A stretch of 64,000 nt of DNA, from contig OX597823.1 of the NCBI GenBank assembly GCA_951406725.2, positions 110,670,001 to 110,734,000 on the forward strand, read 5' to 3'. The stretch is from Octopus vulgaris. Its lineage: Eukaryota. Position numbers and translations under genes: made by a program. Of the stretch, positions 10,943 to 24,719 are shown piece by piece. The notes beneath the pieces were generated by a model, which was not told where the DNA came from, searched no databases, and was given only the letters and a program-made list of their open reading frames with translations. The first letter of the stretch is position 1. The number at the start of each line of letters is the position of its first letter.

Positions 10943-11150
10943 TATATACACACACACACACACACATACAGATGTATGTATGTATGTATAAGAGAGTTCT
11001 TTCAGTTTCCATCCATGACATCCATTTATAAGGCTTTGGTCAGCCTGGGTTCATAATAGAAGATACTTTCAAATGATGCCATGCAGTGGAATTGAACCAG
11101 AAACTACATGGCTTGGAAGCAAAATTCTTAACCACAGTCACGTCTGTGCA

Positions 11151-11190
<40 letters not shown>

Positions 11191-11246
11191 ATAGATAGAT
11201 AAATATTCACACACAAGCACACGCACAGAGAGACATATATATATGA

Positions 11247-11323
<77 letters not shown>

Positions 11324-12465
11324 TATATATATGTATATATATATAATAGGTAGATAGATTGATTGATTATTTTCATCTTTTGATAGCAGGAGCAAGCAAT
11401 AAAGATAAATGGAGATTATTTAAGGTCTTCACAGCGAAATTAAAGAAAGTTCTACTCTGCCCTCGTCTGAAAGACGAACCTCACCAACAAAAGAATAGTT
11501 TCTACAATCAATACTTCAGCTCTGCAAGTCAAAAAGTCAACATGGAATTCAATTTCCTAACTAATAACTCTGAATTATATACAAACCTCTCTATATCTTT
11601 TCTAATGCTTTTTTGTTATATGTGTGTGTACGTACATGTGTATGTGTGTGCTTATTTGTATTGTTGCTGATGGTTGTTGTTGTTGTTGTTGTTGTTATGG
11701 TGGTGGTGTTGTTGTTGATAACGGTACTGGTGATGGTTTTGGTGATGATGATGATGTTGATGGTGGTAGTAATGGTGGTAGTTATTTGTTTGGTGAGTTG
11801 ATGGTAATGATGATGAGCGTGCTGTTGTTTCGGATGTTGGCGGTGCAGACGGTTCTGTTTGCTATTAGTAATGCGATGCTCTTTAGTTGTAGTAATGCTG
11901 ATGGTTTTAGTGGTGGCATTGACATTTTCCAGAGTGGTGGTCATGGAAGATTTGGTTACTGGGGTAGGTTTAATGGTGTCGTTCCTTTCAACTCTAGTAA
12001 AGTGTTTTTCACATTGGTTTATATTTCATCTGATGATGGTCATTTTCTGGTAAAGCTGAGGATTGTTTAAGTAGTGATGGCCATAGGTATAGTGTCTGTA
12101 GAATATTGCCTTTTTGTTGTTTTTACTTTATTCTCTTCCCCTTACTTCTTCTTCTTTTCCTCATGTCCATGATCATGATGATGGCCACCGTTAACTCATT
12201 ATATACTCTGCTTCCCCTTAGTGACATCATCACCATCAACGTGATGATTGCTACCACCACCACCACCGCCACCACCACAATCACCGTCGTCATCATCATC
12301 ATCATCATCATCCTCATCATGAATATCATCCCATTACTACCAACATCCTTACAATCACCATCTTGGACATCGTTGCCATCTTGGTCAAAGTTGTTGTTGT
12401 TGTCATTGTCACTCTCATCATGGTAATCATCATCGTTACCATCACTGCCATCCGCATTGACACTG

Positions 12466-12507
<42 letters not shown>

Positions 12508-13206
12508 CCAATACTAATATCGTCTGAAGTCGTTTCCCTTCATTCTTTGCTTGTTATATTTTCAAACCCCCCCCCACCTCCTTCCCACTCAACCCGGGTT
12601 TTTCTTTTTGCTATCCAATTCCTTTTACTGCCCTTTATTACTTTCTTTCATTCTTTCTTCTTTTGACCTTATGACCTCACCCCCTTTTCTTTTTGTTCGT
12701 TCCTTCCTTCTTTTTTTCTTTCCTTCCGTCTTTCCTTTCCCCACTTTTCTTATCATTTTTCCATTTCTTTTCTTTCCTTTCATTCACCTTATTCATTGCT
12801 TGCTGCTTTTTCTAAATGGTCTGTACCACCCGACCACCCACCGCTACTAACACCACCACCCACTTTCTATCTCCTTCATTTTCCCCACATAAGAATTGTT
12901 TGTGCTAATTTTAAGAATTAATAATGCCCAACCATTTTTCTATAGACTGGACATTGTTCAATAACTTGGTCAAATTTCTTTAGCTAGAAATTCTTTGATT
13001 TTTGTCAATAGGCAAGAGGAGTCTATAGAATTGGCACTGGTCATTTTGCTGCAAGAAGGAAATGAATTTTAAAAAGACAGAACACTCTCCCTTTCCCTTA
13101 CCCCATTGCCCCCCAAAAAATAATAAAATGAAAAATGAATAAAAAATAAATAAAATGATATGAAAAAATTAATAAACACAAATCTGAAAAAGAAAATAAG
13201 ACCTCT

Positions 13207-13208
<2 letters not shown>

Positions 13209-13274
<66 letters not shown>

Positions 13275-13335
13275 TAATAATGATAATGATAATAATGATA
13301 ATAATAATAATGAAAATAATAATAATAATACTATT

Positions 13336-13380
<45 letters not shown>

Positions 13381-13422
13381 AATAATAATGATAATAATAA
13401 TAATAATAATGAAAATAATGAA

Positions 13423-13458
<36 letters not shown>
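13209..13458. repeat. (AAT)n microsatellite
   Basis: Seen directly. Confidence 0.95.
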
Positions 13459-14089
13459 TGATGTCAACAGCAGCAACAAGGACAACAATAATGTTAAGCA
13501 TAATGTAAATGGCTAATAAGGGAATTGGAGTAAATAAGTAAATATACAAATATATAAGAAGGGAACATGGAAAGACTGAAAGAAAGATAGAAAGAAAGAA
13601 TGAAAGAAAGAAAGAAAGGAGGAAAGGGAGGAAAGAAAGAAAAGGTCCCAAAATAATTTGTAAGACATTTCTTTTTGCTCTCAAGAACCCTCCCCCAATC
13701 TCTCCGTGTCAATTCTGATAACAAGTAAATGACAAAATAGTTAATTACATTTAATACTTAATTTGTATGAACTGTATTGATTGGTTTATTGATTGACCCC
13801 TTCGTGCACCTCTCCCCCTCCCCCTGCACTTTACCCATGCTCATTATGCTGACGGGAATGAACCCTCAGTGCACTATTTTAAAGGAATTTCCCATTTTAT
13901 TTTTTGAGCTTGTTTACTTCTTGTGTGTGTGTGTGTGTGTGTGTGTGTGCCTTGAATAATGAAACATCTGTATGTTTCCCTCTCGTGACCAGTAAGTAAA
14001 CCCTAACTGGAGATGAGACTTCGCAAAAAGAGTAAGGAATCTGAAGTCTATCAATAATTATATATTTTATTTGCGAATATATATAAATC

Positions 14090-14126
<37 letters not shown>

Positions 14127-14129
14127 TAT

Positions 14130-14945
<816 letters not shown>

Positions 14946-15431
14946 GCAAAATAGTATATATGTGTGATATACTGTGGACCTCGCTGAAATCAGAAGAATT
15001 TGCTTTGAGTTTAACTAGTTAGTAAAAAACATAAGTGTATTGATAATGATGATGACGATGGGGATGATGATGAGGACGATGATGTTATCATCATCATTGT
15101 TACTGCCTTCATTATTGGCATTTGTGTTGATGTTCATTTTGGGGATGTAAGAGGATGTCTCCACCTCCACCTCATCATCATCATCATCATCATCATAACT
15201 ACTGTAAACCTCACTACCGCCATATCACCATCAAAAACTATGACAATTATCAGGATCTGCACTACCGTCGTCGTCATCATTAGCATCATCGTTTTCATCA
15301 GTCACCATTGCCATTGTCTTCATCATCATCATTATCCTCCTCCTCCTCCCCCCTCCGCCTCCTCCTCATTATCCTCCTCCTCCTCATCATCATCATCATT
15401 ATCATCCTCTTCCTCCTCCTCCTCCTCCTCC

Positions 15432-15465
<34 letters not shown>

Positions 15466-16463
15466 GTTGCTGGTGCTGACGTCATCATTGTTGTGATCAA
15501 CCTCATCATCATCTTCCTCAACATCTTCATTATCATTTAACGTCCATTTTCCATGCTGGCATGGGTTGGACGGTTTGACTGAAAATTGGGAAGCTGGGGA
15601 GCTGCACCAGGTTCCAGTCTGCTTTGGTATGTTTTCTACAACTGGATGCCCTTCACTTCAATCATGCCAGGAGTGTAACGGGTGTTCTTTTATATACCAC
15701 TGGCATGAGTACCAGTTATGAAACACGGGTATCAGCCATGACTATGATCTTATTTGGCTTGACACATGGCATATTGCATGTCGCTTGTCACTGCCTCTGA
15801 GATGTCCAAAGTTTAAAGGGTGCTTTTTATGTGCTACCCTGTAGAAAACCTTTGTTTATGTATCAAGCACCAAAGTTAAAATCCATACTGAATGCTAGAG
15901 CAATGAGGTATCAACGGGATGCTGTGAGCCTTTTCCTCTTCTTTACAACCCAATACACTATACAGAATTCCTTAACAACTCACAACCAAGCCTTTATGTG
16001 GCCATACGATTTGCTAGAAATAGCAGCCATAGCTTCTTCAGGAATATCATAATGTCTTGAAACATAGCAAAGGCCTGTTAAATGATGCAGTTCTTGATAT
16101 ACCATAACTGAAAATAATATGGGATGGTTTAGGATGATGTAGGATTAAACAGGATCAATATGATACACTATTATTAAACAAGGAATCCATAGCCAATAAT
16201 AGTGTATATTGATTTACAGCTAATATTTCTTCATGTATAAGAATAATACTTTCCATTAGGTGAGAGGAATCAGTTACCATTTTTTAGAGTAGTTACATGC
16301 ACTGCACCATGAAACCCAACTGTGCAAAAGAAACCTGAGATTGTGAAGTGTAAAGTACACAATTTTTTATCTGATGTCTGCTTCACATCTATATATAAAT
16401 GCATGTATATATGCATACATATATGCACCCACCATACATATACATATGTATAACATACATACA

Positions 16464-16494
<31 letters not shown>

Positions 16495-16578
16495 GTATGA
16501 TTTACATAAACATATATATATTTCTATACATATATATGATTTACATAAATATATATATCTTTATACATATATATGATT

Positions 16579-16622
<44 letters not shown>

Positions 16623-16712
16623 TATGATTTACATAAATATATATATATATTTATACATATATATGATTTACATAAATATATATATCTTTATATACATATA
16701 TATGATTTATAT
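16495..16712. repeat. about 37-bp AT-rich minisatellite (tatgatttacataaatatatatatctttatacata)
   Basis: About six units, each marked by atgattta. Confidence 0.8.
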
Positions 16713-16948
16713 AAAATGTTTAAATCACTCTTAAGTTTGCAGAGAAATATAATCTGGTGTGTATGACCCCAAGATTTATAGGCAAAACAAGTGTAACAAC
16801 TGTCTTGTTATCCAAATTTCAAAAGTGTTTAGGTTTCTGATCAAATTACAATTTGCTGTTAATAAATGTCTTAAAATAAGCAATTTTCATTGTGCTTTAT
16901 ATTCATATAGAACTGGGAATTTGAGACTGAACATAATTATATTGCATG

Positions 16949-17054
<106 letters not shown>

Positions 17055-17114
17055 GTGTGTGTGTGTGTGTATATATATATATGTGTATATATCTATGTAT
17101 GTATGTATGTATAT

Positions 17115-17416
17115 GTTGTTGTTGTTTGTTCCTTCTTGAGCCATGCCTGGCTCATAAGGGCTGGTTTCCTGGTTCATTGGCATATAGGTTCCCCACCTGG
17201 ATGGGACGCTGGTCTGTCACAGGTGAGCTGCAAGATGCTGGAGGAAAGAGTAAGAGAAAGTTGTAGCGAAAGAGTCAGCAGAAGTTTCACCATTACCTTC
17301 TGCTGGAGCCACGTGGAGTTTAGCTCATAAACACAAACATTGCCCAGTCTGAGATTCGAACCCACAATCCCTCAACCATGAGTTCACTGCTCTATCCACT
17401 AGGTCATGTACTTCCA
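17115..17416 (-). mobile_element. SINE family C (tail type 1, (AAC)n end)
   Basis: Reverse complement of 55576-55881. Confidence 0.85.
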
Positions 17417-17680
17417 CTAACACACATACACGTATGGGGATGCAAACAAGAAGAATAGAACTCAAAATACGAGAATATGTATATTTTTATTAACACTTAG
17501 CAGAATACTTATCAATGTGATAAGAGCCAATGTACAAAACTCTCAGCCCTCGAGTCACTCTGTTGCTTCTGCTAAATATTAATATATATATATATATATA
17601 TAATTATTATTTGAGGGAAAATTAATCCTAACTTACAGGGAAAAAATTCAATTTAGAAAAACTAAGTCAAATTTCACACA

Positions 17681-17728
<48 letters not shown>

Positions 17729-17731
17729 TTT

Positions 17732-18007
17732 AAAAAACCCACCTTTTATCAATTCAAAATGAACAATTATATTACACTATCTAGAAAATTACATAAAATA
17801 GAAATATCAAAATAAATCAACAATAAAATAACGATGATCAAGTAAATTGCAAAAAAAAATAATAAAAACGTATATAATTGGTATATACGTTTCTATTATT
17901 TTTTTGCAATTTACTTAATCATCGTTATTTTATTGTTATTTTATTTTGATATTTCTATTTTATGTATTATAATTGTTCATTTTGAATTGATAAAAGGTGG
18001 GTTTTTT
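17732..18007. repeat. long fold-back inverted repeat (about 130-145-bp arms) within a (TA)n-flanked element
   Basis: aaaaaacccaccttttatcaattcaaaatgaacaattata...aaacgtatata / attgg / tatatacgttt...tataattgttcattttgaattgataaaaggtgggtttttt. Confidence 0.9.
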
Positions 18008-18044
18008 CTAATTTATATATATATAAAATTTTATCTCTAATTTA

Positions 18045-18081
<37 letters not shown>

Positions 18082-18803
18082 TAGTATAGTCATGTGAACA
18101 ACAAGACTGTCAGATGTTACACATTGCTGGTCACAATGCGTTTTGTATTGTTTCAGCCTTCGTGGAACACCACCCTACAAGCTAGGCAACTTTGATATTT
18201 GTTACAGCTGTTTCAATACTTTTCACATAAATGATTCTGTGTAGTAAATTACAAAATAAATGTACTTAAATATGCTGAAGTAGCACTTCATCAGAGCAGC
18301 TTTAAGTCTTGCCTCTGTGTGTGTATGTGTATGTGTGTGTGCGTGTGCGTGTGTGTGTGTGTGTGTGCATGCATGCGTGTGCATGTGTGTGTGTGTGTGT
18401 GTACTCTCTGAAATGTGACCGGCATTCTCTTCTGGCTTGTTGCTTAAGAAATTTTGTATGTGTTTCAGTGAATTGGAACATGTTAAAAGTAGCTGTACGC
18501 AGTCTTTTTCATACATGTAAACATATATATAGGGAGTGAGAGAGAGGCAGATACTGAAGAAGCGAGACAGATACAGTGAGAGAGGGACAGAGACTGATAG
18601 AGAGAGATAGGGATAGATAAAGAGATCAATAGCTTATAGAGCTAAATATATAAATTTAAAAACTATAATACATATAGTTTCTTCATTATTCATCTTACTT
18701 AACTCTCAATGACTCTATGGTTCTCTCTTATGATTTAGGAGCAGGGTTGCCTATATATACACATATGTATCATTATACACATAGATATAACAAACATGCT
18801 TAC

Positions 18804-18835
<32 letters not shown>

Positions 18836-18936
18836 TAATTAATCAATATCAGGGTAGCAAAAAATTCAAGAGAAATTTTTCGCCACCAGCAGTCCAGTGA
18901 GAAAGAAAAAATAGTCAACAGACTATATAATATACA

Positions 18937-19071
18937 TTCAACAATATTAAGGAATGGCTTTGGTAGGCCATTCGACCCACTAGGAAGAGCAGCTAAATTT
19001 AGCGTTTGAGTTTAGCTGCTCTTTCTAGTGGGTCAAACGGCCTATCAAGGCCATTCCTTAATATCATTGAG
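18937..19071. repeat. inverted repeat (65-bp arms) ending a (TA)n-flanked element (about 18835-19075)
   Basis: Arms 18937-19001 and 19007-19071 differ only by transitions. Confidence 0.9.
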
Positions 19072-19095
19072 TATATATATATATATATATATATA

Positions 19096-19259
19096 GGCGT
19101 AGGAGTCGCTGTGTGGTAAAGTATCTTGCTTACAAACTACGTGGTTCCGAGTTCAGTCCCACTGCGTGGCACCTTGGGCAAGTGTCTTCTACAATAGCCT
19201 CAGGCCAACCAAAGCCTTGTGAGTGGATCTGGTAGACAGAAACTGAAAGAAGCCTGTCG

Positions 19260-19260
<1 letters not shown>
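19096..19260 (+). mobile_element. SINE family A, 5' half
   Basis: Head and core homology, ending at the internal microsatellite. Confidence 0.88.
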
Positions 19261-19304
<44 letters not shown>

Positions 19305-19597
19305 ATGTATGAATATATACATATATGTGGATAGATACATGAAGTCACACATATATGTACACAAGCTAGCAGTCATACAAAAGTTCACAATCACACACAC
19401 ACACAGACACAACCTATGCACACCTTGCACAACAAAAACATAAATTTTGAAAGATAGAAAATTTACAAACCATGGAGAATGTCTCTACGTTATTGCTTGT
19501 TGAATAACTAAATAGATATTTCTCACTGAAATCATATGCTATTGTCTTAAAACAGGAATGACACATCCAATAACGTAATCCTGAGTATTCCATCACA

Positions 19598-20206
19598 TAC
19601 TCTTTACTCTCTTTTACTCTTTTACTTGTTTCAGTCATTTTGACTGCGGCCATGCTGGAGCACAGCCTTTAGTCGAGCAAATCGACCCCGGGACTTATTC
19701 TTTTGTAAGCCCAGTGCTTATTTTATTGGTCTCTTTTTGCTGAACCGCTAAGTGACGGGGACGTAAACACACCAGCATCGGTTGTCAAACTAATGCTAGG
19801 GGGACAAACAGACACACAAACACACACATATACATATATATATATATATATACATATATACGACAGGCTTCTTTCAGTTTCCATCTTCCAAATCCACTCA
19901 CAAGGCTTTGGTCGGCCCGGGGCTATAGCAGAAGACACCTGCCCAAGATGCCACGCAGTGGGACTGAACCCAGAACCATGTGGTTGGTTAGCAAGCTACT
20001 TACCACACAGCCATACCTGCACCTATATATATATATATATATATATACGACAGGCTTCTTTCAGTTTCCGTCTACCAAATCCACTCACAAGTCATTGGTC
20101 GGCCTGGGGCTATAGCAGAAGACACTTGCCCAAGATGCCATGCAGTGGGACTGAACCCAGAACCATGTGGTTGGTTAGCAAGCTACTTACCACACAGCCA
20201 TTCCTA

Positions 20207-20241
<35 letters not shown>

Positions 20242-20400
20242 GACAGGCTTCTTTCAGTTTCCGTCTACCAAATCCACTCACAAGGCATTGGTCGGCCTGG
20301 GGCTATAGCAGAAGACACTTGCCCAAGATGCCATGTAGTGGGACTGAACCCAGAACCATGTGGTTGGTTAGCAAGCTACTTACCACACAGCCACTCCTGT
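19598..20400 (-). mobile_element. SINE family A with triplicated head module
   Basis: Full copy 19598-20023 plus extra head modules at 20048-20207 and 20241-20400, separated by (TA)n. Confidence 0.9.
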
Positions 20401-21022
20401 TTATACAAAATCTTGTTTGAAATAGCTTTGATCATATATTATATCTGTTGGATCTGGAATAACATTTGGGGTTGGCGGAAGATGTAAACATCAACAACAA
20501 ATATGCAGGTTATATATTATATATATATCCATAGTGAAAGAACCTGTAATAGATTCTTTTATTTTCTTTCTTTCTACTCTTCCCACCACATAACAGTGAC
20601 ACTTTCTTCCTGGTCTGCTCTCTAGCTTTCCTACGTGTGTTCAGATTCCATTCAATATGTTTTCATCTCTTTCAACTGTTCCTGCTACGAGTGATCCTGG
20701 TTTTCTGTTTGTCTGATGTTTATAGCAACAACCTTTATTGATGGCTGACATCCATGTCAACTCCTTGACCTCGAGGTCATCAGGTCGTATCACCCATCTC
20801 TTGGCACCGTACACAATGTGTAAGTAGGCAAAAACGCTGAACCTTCACACATAACATCTCTTCAGCACTTCAAAACTACCTTAGCTATGAATGAGATGTT
20901 TGGAAGTAGGGGTCATGCCACCGGGAGAAGACCCTACTAACTCACTGGAGGCTCAATAACTATTCTTGTCCATTCTATCATTGTATTTAACTATATTTGT
21001 ATTTGGTTTCCTTTAAAGTTGC

Positions 21023-21075
21023 ACATCATCATCATCATTATTCATCGTCATCACTATTATCATCACCATCACCAT

Positions 21076-21106
<31 letters not shown>

Positions 21107-21165
21107 CTCATCATTAACTACTTATCATCACCATCACCATCATCATCATCATCATCATCATCATC

Positions 21166-21196
<31 letters not shown>

Positions 21197-21264
21197 TCAC
21201 CTCATGGTGGTAAATTAAATAACTCATTGTTGTTGTTGATGTTGGTGTTATCATCATCATCATC

Positions 21265-21310
<46 letters not shown>

Positions 21311-21325
21311 CCATCATCATCATCA

Positions 21326-21368
<43 letters not shown>

Positions 21369-21416
21369 CTGTCACCATCACCATCATCACCATCATCATC
21401 ATCATCATCATCATCA

Positions 21417-21449
<33 letters not shown>

Positions 21450-21540
21450 GTCATCATCATCATCACCATCACCATCATCATCACTGTCACCATCACCATC
21501 ATCACCATCATCATCATCATCATCATCATCACCATCATCC

Positions 21541-21604
<64 letters not shown>

Positions 21605-21609
21605 TCATC

Positions 21610-21641
<32 letters not shown>

Positions 21642-21690
21642 CATCACAACCACCATCATCATCATCATCATCATCATCATCGTCATCATT
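21023..21690. repeat. (CAT)n microsatellite block
   Basis: Seen directly. Confidence 0.96.
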
Positions 21691-21892
21691 AAGCAGTGAG
21701 CTGGCAGAATCACTAGCATGCTGCATGAAATAGCACATTTGATTTGGCTTTGTGTTTTGAGTTCAAATTCTGCTGAGGTCAGCTTTTCGTTTCAACCTTT
21801 CAGGGTCGATAAAATAAAATAAATATTCAAGTACTGGGGTGGATGTAATTGACAAGACTCCCTCCCACAACAATTTCAGTTCTTGTGTCTAT

Positions 21893-22298
21893 ACTCTTTT
21901 ACTCTCTCTTTTACTTGTTTCAATCATTTGGCTGCAGCCATGCTGGAGCACCGCCTTTAGTCAAGGAAATCGACCCCCCAGGACTTATTCTTTGTAAGCC
22001 TAGTACTTATTCTATTGGTCTCTTTTGCCAAACCGCTAAGTTACAGGGACATAAACACACCAGCATTGGTTGTCAAGCGATGTTGGGGGGACAAACACAG
22101 ACACACAAACACACACATATATATATACATATATATGACGGGCTTCTTTCAGTTTCCATCAACCAAATCCACTCACAAGGCTTTGGTTGGCCTGAGGCTA
22201 TTTTAGAAGACACTTGCCCAATGTGCCACACAGTGGGACTGAACCCGGAAGCATGTGGTTGGTAAGCAAGCTACTTACCACACAGCCACTCCTGCACC
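21893..22298 (-). mobile_element. SINE family A
   Basis: Full-length homology. Confidence 0.9.
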
Positions 22299-22584
22299 TA
22301 TAGTAGAAAGAATTATTATCATGGTTGTTGCTGTTGTTGTTGCTAGTAATTGGGGGAATCATTAGAGTCAGTAAACTATTTAATGGTATTTGTTCTAGGT
22401 CTTTACCTTCTGAATTCAAACCTTGCTGGGGTCAGCTTTGCTTTTCATGAAAATAAGGTAGCATTTCTGAGCAACTGTATTGGAGGGGTTGTCAGAACTC
22501 TTGCTTGATGGTCTGACCCTGGGGGAGAAATTCTTGATGCACAATACTGAGGATGTTGGAAAAAATAATGAGCAGGGAAGACAT

Positions 22585-22977
22585 AGGTGCAGGAGTGGCT
22601 GTGTGATAAGTAGCTTGCTTACCAACCACATGGTTCCGGGTTCATTCCCATTGCATGGCACCTTGAGCAAGTGTCTTCTACTATAGCCTCAGGCCGGCCA
22701 AAGCCTTGGTAGATGGAAACTGAAAGAAGCCCGTCGTATATATGTATATATATATATATGTGTGTGTTTGTGTGTCTGTATTTTTCCTCCCAACATCGCT
22801 TGACAACTGATGCTGGTGTGTTTACGTCTCCGTAACTTAGCAGTTCAGCAAAAGAGACCAATAGATTAAGTACTGGGCTTCCAAAGAATAAGTCCTGGGG
22901 TCAATTTGCTGGACTAAAGGCTGTGCTCCAGCATGATTGCAGTCAAATGACTGAAACAAGTAAAAGAGATAAAAGAG
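22585..22977 (+). mobile_element. SINE family A
   Basis: Full-length homology. Confidence 0.9.
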
Positions 22978-23009
22978 AAGATGCTCTTGATTGCTTTGTG
23001 GCTCTGTTG

Positions 23010-23340
23010 TACATCCATACCACCCAGAACATTGTTTACGACCAATTACCTTGTCCCCATAAGCTTGCTCAATGTCTCTGCAGCTGACTTCCCAAGTTTA
23101 ATGCAAAATTTCTCTTTGGCTCTTTATTCCAACTTCCTGTCCATGACAAAAATCGCAGACTACAGCATACACATAATCCCCAAAACACAAATTCCACAAC
23201 TTGCGAAGTAAACACAGCAATGACACTGAGCACATTGCCTCATGAGTGTCACTGCTAACTCTCATTGTGCGCACAACAATGTGCTGCCATCTGTTGGCAC
23301 ACTAGACCTAGTCCGGGAACTTTTTGATATCACTTGTATA
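23010..23340 (-). mobile_element. mariner 5' fragment
   Basis: MDRKLE*RAKEKFCIKLGKSAAETL...AYGDKVIGRKQC, the N-terminal HTH of a mariner transposase. A TIR-like end plus TA lies near 23340. Confidence 0.75.
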
Positions 23341-23347
23341 TATGAAT

Positions 23348-23378
<31 letters not shown>

Positions 23379-23380
23379 TG

Positions 23381-24480
23381 CACGAGGGTGGGTTGAAAAG
23401 AGTGGTGAAAAGAGCTGTGAAATCTCACGTGTGTTAATTTCAACCCTTCTTATTAGTTACTGAATTTTTTCTTCACAGGTGAACTTTTACCTGACTGTTC
23501 AAAGGAGACTTCAAAAGTAACTAGAAGCAGCTTCTTTTGTAAATAGATAAAATTTGGCTTCATGGTGTTGTCAAGTACCTGTAGAAAAAGGGTCTAACCA
23601 CAAGGACATTCAAGCTGACATGGTTGCTACATTAGGGGATCATGTTCCAGCTTTATCAACAGTGCAAAAATGGGCAGCTGAATTTAGCAAAGGAAGGGAG
23701 AGTCTTGAAGATAACCTATTTCTTTACTGCCCACAAGGGGCTAAACACAGAGGAGACAAACAAGGACAGACAAATGGATTAAATCGATTATATCGACCCC
23801 AGTGCATAAATGGTACTTATTTAATCGACCCCGAAAGGATGAAAGGCAAAGTTGACCTCGACGGAATTTGAACTTAACGTAATGCCAGATGAAATACAGC
23901 TACGTATTTCACCCGGTGTGTTAACGATTCTGCCAGCTCACCGTCTTGAAGATAACCAAAGGCCTAGACATCCTGAAACTGCCACAACCAAGGAAAATAT
24001 TGATTGTGTTCATTACAAGGCGGTGCATGATAGGGGATTGTCTGTGAATCAAACAGCCAATGTTATTAGCATGTCCAGTTGAGAATATTCTGTACAATGA
24101 ACTTGGCATGATGACGGTTTCTGCTCAGTGAGTGCCATATCTTCTGACAGCTGATCAAAAGTGCACCTGGCTGATCACATCATCGGAAAATCTAGCTGGT
24201 TTCCTTTAACATTTCCAAACTCCAGATGATTGTTGGATTGTTGGGTTCACATTGAACCAGAGATGGAGAGACAATCCATATAGTGAAAACACCTGTTCTC
24301 ACCTGTTCCAAAGAAGGCCAAGGTCATTTCATCAGCAGGGAAAACAAGGGCCTCACATATTTGGGATGTAAAAGGCTTTGCATTTAGTGACTAGCATCAA
24401 AAGGGCCACACCATCAATGGAGAGTACTATGCTACCTTGCTGAGACAGTTACGAAAGGCTATCACGACCAAACAAGAAAA
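23381..24480 (+). mobile_element. decayed mariner transposon interrupted by a family-B SINE
   Basis: KDIQADMVATLGDHVPALSTVQKWAAEFSKGRESLEDN [SINE] QRPRHPETATTKENID...ENILYNELGM..VSAQ*VPYLLTADQK (WVPRLL-type motif)...KGHTINGEYYATLLRQLRKAI. Confidence 0.85.
23717..23942 (-). mobile_element. SINE family B with 15-bp TSD
   Basis: TSD gtcttgaagataacc at 23702-23716 and 23943-23957. Confidence 0.92.
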
Positions 24481-24557
24481 TTGATGTTTAATTTATCAGT
24501 TCTGGAAGAATAAAAAGGGAAAATGATCCCTGCTGGATTTGAAGTCAGAATGGAAAA

Positions 24558-24562
24558 TAAGA

Positions 24563-24595
<33 letters not shown>

Positions 24596-24682
24596 ACGTG
24601 AATGGATCAACGAGATTCCCACCGTCCTTATCTACTGTCTAGCAAAACCACAGCCAAGGGAACAGGCTTGGATGGATCAGCA

Positions 24683-24716
<34 letters not shown>

Positions 24717-24719
24717 TGG
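24558..24719 (+). pseudogene. 28S rRNA fragment (dispersed, degenerate)
   Basis: tagccaaatgcctcgtcatctaattagtgacgc...aacgagattccca...ccacagccaagggaac.ggcttgg...gaaagaagaccctgttgagcttgactctagtctgg is the conserved LSU segment following the R2 site. It carries many substitutions. Confidence 0.92.

Noticed and set aside
11359-12070. ORFs of 100-150 aa around 11.4-12.0 kb
   Set aside because: Mostly degenerate GTT/GGT/GAT repeats; the unique parts have in-frame stops or lack splice support.
16277-16333. Possible 57-nt minus-strand micro-exon (FFCTVGFHGAVHVTTLKN)
   Set aside because: Splice-like signals of this strength arise by chance, and there is no homology.
20590-20880. Unique-looking segment as a host exon
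   Set aside because: Minus-strand IVYGAKRWVI..WMS resembles the LLYGSETW..RWM region of an old RTE-type LINE.
24558-24719. Functional rRNA gene
   Set aside because: Only about 160 bp, with substitutions in invariant positions and no flanking rDNA.
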